The notes below the pieces were generated by a model. It made no database searches and was not told where the DNA came from. It saw nothing but the letters and a program-made list of their open reading frames with translations. This document shows, piece by piece, positions 34,873-38,603 of a stretch of 38,603 nucleotides of DNA; position 1 is the first letter of the stretch, and each line of letters begins with the position of its first letter. Position numbers and translations under genes: made by a program. The stretch is from an uncultured Stigonema sp. GTDB taxonomy: Bacteria; Cyanobacteriota; Cyanobacteriia; Cyanobacteriales; Nostocaceae. The DNA is taken from contig CAZZYE010000005.1 of assembly GCA_964658145.1 (NCBI GenBank), positions 1 through 38,603 on the forward strand. Reading direction: 5' to 3'.

Positions 34873-37056
34873 ATGTTTACCTTTCTAACACATTGGTTTC
34901 ATCTTAGACGCCGAAAACATTCTCCTTCTTTGAAGGATTTACCAAAGGAGAGTAAGCGCTATCCACTTAGGGTTTTCAAAGGAAAATTATTTCCCTGTTT
35001 ACTATTAACTCTCACTCTCATCCTGACTTTACTGGTAGGAAACTATAATCCTACCTTCGGGTCAAGAACAACTGAAATACTCTGGGACACTTATGGCGTT
35101 CCTCATATTTACGGCAAGGATGCACAAAGCGCCTTCCACGCCTTTGGTTGGGCGCAAATGCAAAGCCACGGCAACCTGATTTTACGCCTCTACGGTCAGG
35201 CACGCGGACGAGCCGCCGAATATTGGGGGAAGAAGTACTTAGAATCAGATCAATGGGTAAGAACAATGGGTGTCCCGGCTCGTGCCCAGTCTTGGTACAA
35301 TTCACAAAATCCGAATTTTCGCAAGTATCTTGATGCTTTTGCCGCTGGAATCAATGACTATGCCCAAGCACATGCCGATCTGATTGACGACCAAGTAGAA
35401 GTTGTACTGCCCATCAATGGGGTAGACTTGCTAGCTCATGTTCAGCGCGTACTCAACTTCACTTTTGTAGTCGATCCACAAAGTGTCGCAGGTGTAAGTG
35501 ATAAAGCTCCCTCAGTAGGTTCTAACGGCTGGGCGATCGCCCCTGCACATTCTGGTAGTGGTAACGCGATGCTGCTGGCAAACCCACATCTCCCTTGGTC
35601 AGATTTATTCCTCTGGTATGAAACCCATCTGACCGCCCCTGGTATTAATACTTACGGTGCAGCACTTGTTGGTATCCCCGTCCTGGCAATTGCCTTCAAC
35701 AACAATTTGGGCTGGACCCACACAGTGAATACACACCATGGGTGGAATGCTTACAAGCTAACACTGGCTGACGGAGGCTACCGCTTTGATGGCAAGGTTA
35801 AAGCCTTTGAGACAGAAGAACAAACCCTGAAGGTAAAGCAAGATGACGGCACACTGCGCTCAGAAAAACTTGTCGTCAAGCGCTCAATACACGGTCCTGT
35901 GGTTAGAGAAAAAGATGGCAAAGCTGTTGCACTCCGCGTTGTCGGACTTGATCGCCCTGGTGTACTAGAGCAGTGGTGGGATATGGGGCGTGCCACAAAT
36001 CTCACCGAGTTTGAAACTGCACTTAAGCGCTTGCAGTTGCCCATGTTTACGGTCATGTACGCAGATCGAGAAGGGCACATCATGCACCTGTTCAACGGTG
36101 TTGTTCCAGTTCACTCCCAAGGCGATTTTAAATACTGGTCAGGCATTGTTCCTGGAGATACTTCTACCACTTTATGGACCAAAACTCACCCTTACCGCGA
36201 CCTACCCCGCGTGGTCGATCCACCAAGCGGCTGGTTACAAAATGCCAACGATCCGCCTTGGACAACAACATTTCCACAGGTGCTTAACCCAGATAAATAT
36301 CCACCCTACATGGCTCCACGTGGTCCTATGTCCTTCCGAGCACAGCGTTCAGCCCATATGCTGGCTGAAGATAAAAAAATCTCTTTCCAAAAAATGATTC
36401 AATACAAGCACTCAACACGCATGGAACTAGCCGATCGCCTACTCGACGATCTAATTCCAGCTGCGCGGCAACTAGGTAATTCTAAAGTGCGTCAGGCTGC
36501 TGATGTACTGCAAGCCTGGGATAGTCAAGCCGATGCAAATAGCCGTGGTGCCGTACTCTTTTCCTTCTGGGTAAAACAAATGGGCTTCCCCAAATCATTT
36601 GCCATTCCTTGGAACGAGAAATCTCCACTCACCACACCTGATGGCTTAGCCGATCCAAAGAACGCAGTAGCAGCCCTCGATGTTGCTGCAACCAAAGTAG
36701 AAAAAGCTTATGGTGCGCTTGATGTGCCGTGGGGAGAAGTCTTCCGGTTGCGCTATAATAAAATGGATCTACCCGCTAATGGGGGCGATGGAAGTCTCGG
36801 CATCTTCCGGGTTATCGATTTTGCCCCGACTTCAGATGGACGATTTGCCCCTGTGGAAGGCGATAGCTACGTCGCAGCAATTGAATTCTCCAACCCAGTA
36901 AAAGCTATGGTACTCACCAGCTACGGCAACGCCACTCAGCCCGGTTCGCCGCACACAGGTGACCAGTTGAAGTTATTCGCTCGTAAGGAGTTGCGACCTG
37001 CTTGGCGAACCCGCCAGGAAATACAAGCCAACTTGACTAAGCGCGAAGTCTTGTAG
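34873..37056 (+). CDS. Ntn-hydrolase acylase of the penicillin-amidase / PvdQ / AHL-acylase family, with N-terminal membrane anchor or signal
   Basis: The track frame opens at TTG 34747, inside sbnB; the first ATG is 34873. Hydrophobic segment: LFPCLLLTLTLILTLLVG. The autoprocessing site and nucleophile are at ...APSVG|SNGWAIAP (Ser codon 35521-35523), followed by MLLANPHLPW and the FNNNLGWTHTVN motifs of the family. Confidence 0.9.
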   Translation: MFTFLTHWFHLRRRKHSPSLKDLPKESKRYPLRVFKGKLFPCLLLTLTLILTLLVGNYNPTFGSRTTEILWDTYGVPHIYGKDAQSAFHAFGWAQMQSHGNLILRLYGQARGRAAEYWGKKYLESDQWVRTMGVPARAQSWYNSQNPNFRKYLDAFAAGINDYAQAHADLIDDQVEVVLPINGVDLLAHVQRVLNFTFVVDPQSVAGVSDKAPSVGSNGWAIAPAHSGSGNAMLLANPHLPWSDLFLWYETHLTAPGINTYGAALVGIPVLAIAFNNNLGWTHTVNTHHGWNAYKLTLADGGYRFDGKVKAFETEEQTLKVKQDDGTLRSEKLVVKRSIHGPVVREKDGKAVALRVVGLDRPGVLEQWWDMGRATNLTEFETALKRLQLPMFTVMYADREGHIMHLFNGVVPVHSQGDFKYWSGIVPGDTSTTLWTKTHPYRDLPRVVDPPSGWLQNANDPPWTTTFPQVLNPDKYPPYMAPRGPMSFRAQRSAHMLAEDKKISFQKMIQYKHSTRMELADRLLDDLIPAARQLGNSKVRQAADVLQAWDSQADANSRGAVLFSFWVKQMGFPKSFAIPWNEKSPLTTPDGLADPKNAVAALDVAATKVEKAYGALDVPWGEVFRLRYNKMDLPANGGDGSLGIFRVIDFAPTSDGRFAPVEGDSYVAAIEFSNPVKAMVLTSYGNATQPGSPHTGDQLKLFARKELRPAWRTRQEIQANLTKREVL

Positions 37057-37109
37057 CTAAGCGGTTGTTAAGAAATAACTTCACACTTTTAAGTTAGGAT
37101 AATCATAGT

Positions 37110-37208
37110 ATGCCAGAGGCAGGAGAGTTAGTGAACGAGAAGTACGGTATGTTCACAGTCGAACCAGTGACCGATGATTACGGTCGCACCAACTTGACCA
37201 ACGGCTAG
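37110..37208 (+). CDS. candidate small ORF (32 codons), unknown function
   Basis: Read by hand: ATG 37110 to TAG 37206-37208. Translation: MPEAGELVNEKYGMFTVEPVTDDYGRTNLTNG. A -10-like GATAAT (37098-37103) sits just upstream, and the strong hairpin starts 27 nt downstream. I recognise no family. Confidence 0.2.
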   Translation: MPEAGELVNEKYGMFTVEPVTDDYGRTNLTNG

Positions 37209-37234
37209 CGCACAAAATATTGAAATTTGAAACA

Positions 37235-37259
37235 GTAGGGTGGGCACTGCCCACCCTAC
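37235..37259. terminator. GC-rich perfect hairpin between convergent genes (probable purB terminator)
   Basis: GTAGGGTGGGCA-c-TGCCCACCCTAC has 12-nt perfectly complementary arms. On the minus strand it lies 49 nt after the purB stop and is followed by T-rich sequence (tgtttcaaatttcaatatttt). On the + strand no U-run follows. Confidence 0.6.
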
Positions 37260-37307
37260 ATGAGATTCGCGCCTCAGTATCCGTTTCTCAACCCAGTCTG
37301 CGCAATC

Positions 37308-38603
37308 TCATATACCCAACCTTTGGTAAACCTCTTCTAAATGTCTTAATTGGTGCTGCGGGTCAAAACACGCCTCAATTTCTGCTGGTGACAACTTTTG
37401 GGTAACACGAGGGTCTTTGCTAATCAAGTCGTGGAAATTGCCGTCTGGCTTATTCCAAGCAGCATGAGCACATGATTGTACAATTGCATAAGCCTCCTCG
37501 CGGTTCATTCCCTTTTCTACCAAAGCAAGTAGTACTCTCTGGCTAAACACGACGCCGCCATAGCAATTCATATTCCGCTTCATGTTTTCTGGATAGACCA
37601 GCAGGTTTTTCACCAAATTGGTCATCTCAATTAACATAAAGTGCGTTAAAATGCAAGCATCTGGGAAAATTACCCGTTCTACTGAACTGTGGGAAATATC
37701 CCGTTCGTGCCACAATGCAACATCTTCCAAAGCTGCAATGGCATGACTCCGAATAATTCGCGCCATTCCTGTGAGCCGTTCTGAACGGATAGGGTTACGC
37801 TTGTGGGGCATTGCTGAGGAACCTTTTTGCCCTTTAGCAAAGAATTCTTCAACTTCCAGAACGTCTGTTCTTTGCAAATTGCGAATTTCTACAGCAAAAC
37901 GTTCAATTGATGCCGCCAGTAAGGCTAATTGTTGCACATAATCGGCATGGCGATCGCGTGAAATGACTTGTGTTGATGCAGTATCGGGTTTGAGTCCGAG
38001 TCTTTGGCAAGCGATCGCTTCCACACGCGGTTCAACATTGGCATAAGTCCCTACCGCACCAGAAATCTTACCAACTGCGATTGTTTCCCGGAGATTTGTC
38101 AAGCGTTCTTGATGTCGCAATACTTCTGCCAACCATCCAGCTAGCTTAAAACCAAAGGTAATAGGTTCAGCGTGAATTCCGTGGGAACGTCCAACCATCA
38201 CCGTGTAGCGATGTTCCTTTGCTTTTTCGCGAATGGCTTGAATCAAATCGAATAGGCGTTGCCGTAATAAATCAAGACTAGCAACCAGTTGCAGTGCTAA
38301 AGCCGTATCCAACACGTCTGAACTGGTTAAACCTAAGTGAATGTAGCGTCCTGCATCACCTACATACTCGTTGACATTTGTCAAGAAGGCAATGACATCG
38401 TGGTGGACTTCAGCTTCAATTTCCAACACCCGCTTCGGGTCAAAATTTGCCTTGGCATTAATTTCCTCAACCGCCTCAACAGGAATATAACCTAACTCAG
38501 CCTGAGCCTCACAGACAGCGATTTCAACTGACAACCAGGTTTTTAGCTTATAAGCTTCCGTCCACAGATTGCCCATTTCAGGCAAGGTATAACGCTCAAT
38601 CAC
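37308..38603 (-). CDS. purB: adenylosuccinate lyase
   Basis: The 431-aa product MIERYTLPEMGNLWTEAYKLKTWLSVEIAVCEAQAELGYIP... aligns from the first residue with bacterial PurB (B. subtilis MIERYSRPEM...). It carries the fumarate-lyase signature SSAMPHKRNP. The GTG start is the last codon of the window, so the gene appears complete. Confidence 0.95.
   Translation of the reverse strand: MIERYTLPEMGNLWTEAYKLKTWLSVEIAVCEAQAELGYIPVEAVEEINAKANFDPKRVLEIEAEVHHDVIAFLTNVNEYVGDAGRYIHLGLTSSDVLDTALALQLVASLDLLRQRLFDLIQAIREKAKEHRYTVMVGRSHGIHAEPITFGFKLAGWLAEVLRHQERLTNLRETIAVGKISGAVGTYANVEPRVEAIACQRLGLKPDTASTQVISRDRHADYVQQLALLAASIERFAVEIRNLQRTDVLEVEEFFAKGQKGSSAMPHKRNPIRSERLTGMARIIRSHAIAALEDVALWHERDISHSSVERVIFPDACILTHFMLIEMTNLVKNLLVYPENMKRNMNCYGGVVFSQRVLLALVEKGMNREEAYAIVQSCAHAAWNKPDGNFHDLISKDPRVTQKLSPAEIEACFDPQHQLRHLEEVYQRLGI

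Noticed and set aside
35990-36397. 135-aa + strand ORF, with other alternative-frame ORFs in 35051-36901
   Set aside because: They are out of frame within the acylase gene, whose own frame carries the penicillin-amidase-family motifs end to end.
783-37056. Labelling the cluster a siderophore pathway (EntS-like MFS, SbnA/B, PvdQ-like acylase and MbtH all recall siderophore loci)
   Set aside because: I can read no hydroxamate-, catecholate- or beta-hydroxy-Asp-forming enzymes or A-domain codes, no TonB receptor or Fe-uptake genes, and no convincing Fur box. The function of the product is left open.
37220-37405. 61-aa + strand ORF
   Set aside because: It runs through the terminator hairpin and then antisense into the 3' end of purB. 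It has no RBS or motif.

Overview
The DNA looks cyanobacterial: I found at least 12 copies of the HIP1 octamer GCGATCGC by eye, where under 1 is expected by chance in 38.6 kb. Nearly the whole window (783-37056, every gene on the + strand, junctions short or overlapping) is one non-ribosomal peptide synthetase (NRPS) gene cluster. The only clear housekeeping gene is a convergent, full-length purB at the right edge (37308-38603, minus strand). The left cluster border is not visible. Cluster content: one or two small unknown ORFs, an MbtH-like protein, five NRPS genes (about 29.2 kb), an MFS exporter, an SbnA/SbnB-like L-2,3-diaminopropionate (Dap) synthesis pair, and a PvdQ/penicillin-acylase-family Ntn hydrolase. 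Hand-read domain string: FAAL-ACP-C-A(Ser)-T-E | C-VOC(methylmalonyl-CoA-epimerase-like)-FkbH-T | dock-C-A(X)-T-C-A(Gly, interrupted by a luciferase-like monooxygenase)-T | C-A(X)-T-C-A(Val)-T | C-A(Gly)-T-TE. Predicted backbone: fatty acyl-D-Ser-glycerate-X-(alpha-hydroxy?)Gly-X-Val-Gly, where X has the code DIWELTADDK and is possibly Dap. Points worth a second look are listed here. (1) An in-line glycerate (FkbH) extension module carries an embedded VOC/epimerase-like domain. (2) A monooxygenase-interrupted Gly module sits in an internal rather than terminal position. (3) A 1350-bp, 100% identical direct repeat copies one C domain into the next module, spaced exactly one module apart in frame. 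(4) A FAAL start is paired with a PvdQ-like acylase, which suggests a lipidated pro-form. (5) A terminator-like 15-bp inverted repeat lies between the last two NRPS genes. (6) Two hand-found small ORFs fall below the ORF-track cutoff. I cannot match this gene and domain order to a characterised pathway from memory, but that needs a database search. Domain coordinates are approximate (about +/-30 nt). A-domain codes were extracted by hand against GrsA numbering. No database search was possible.
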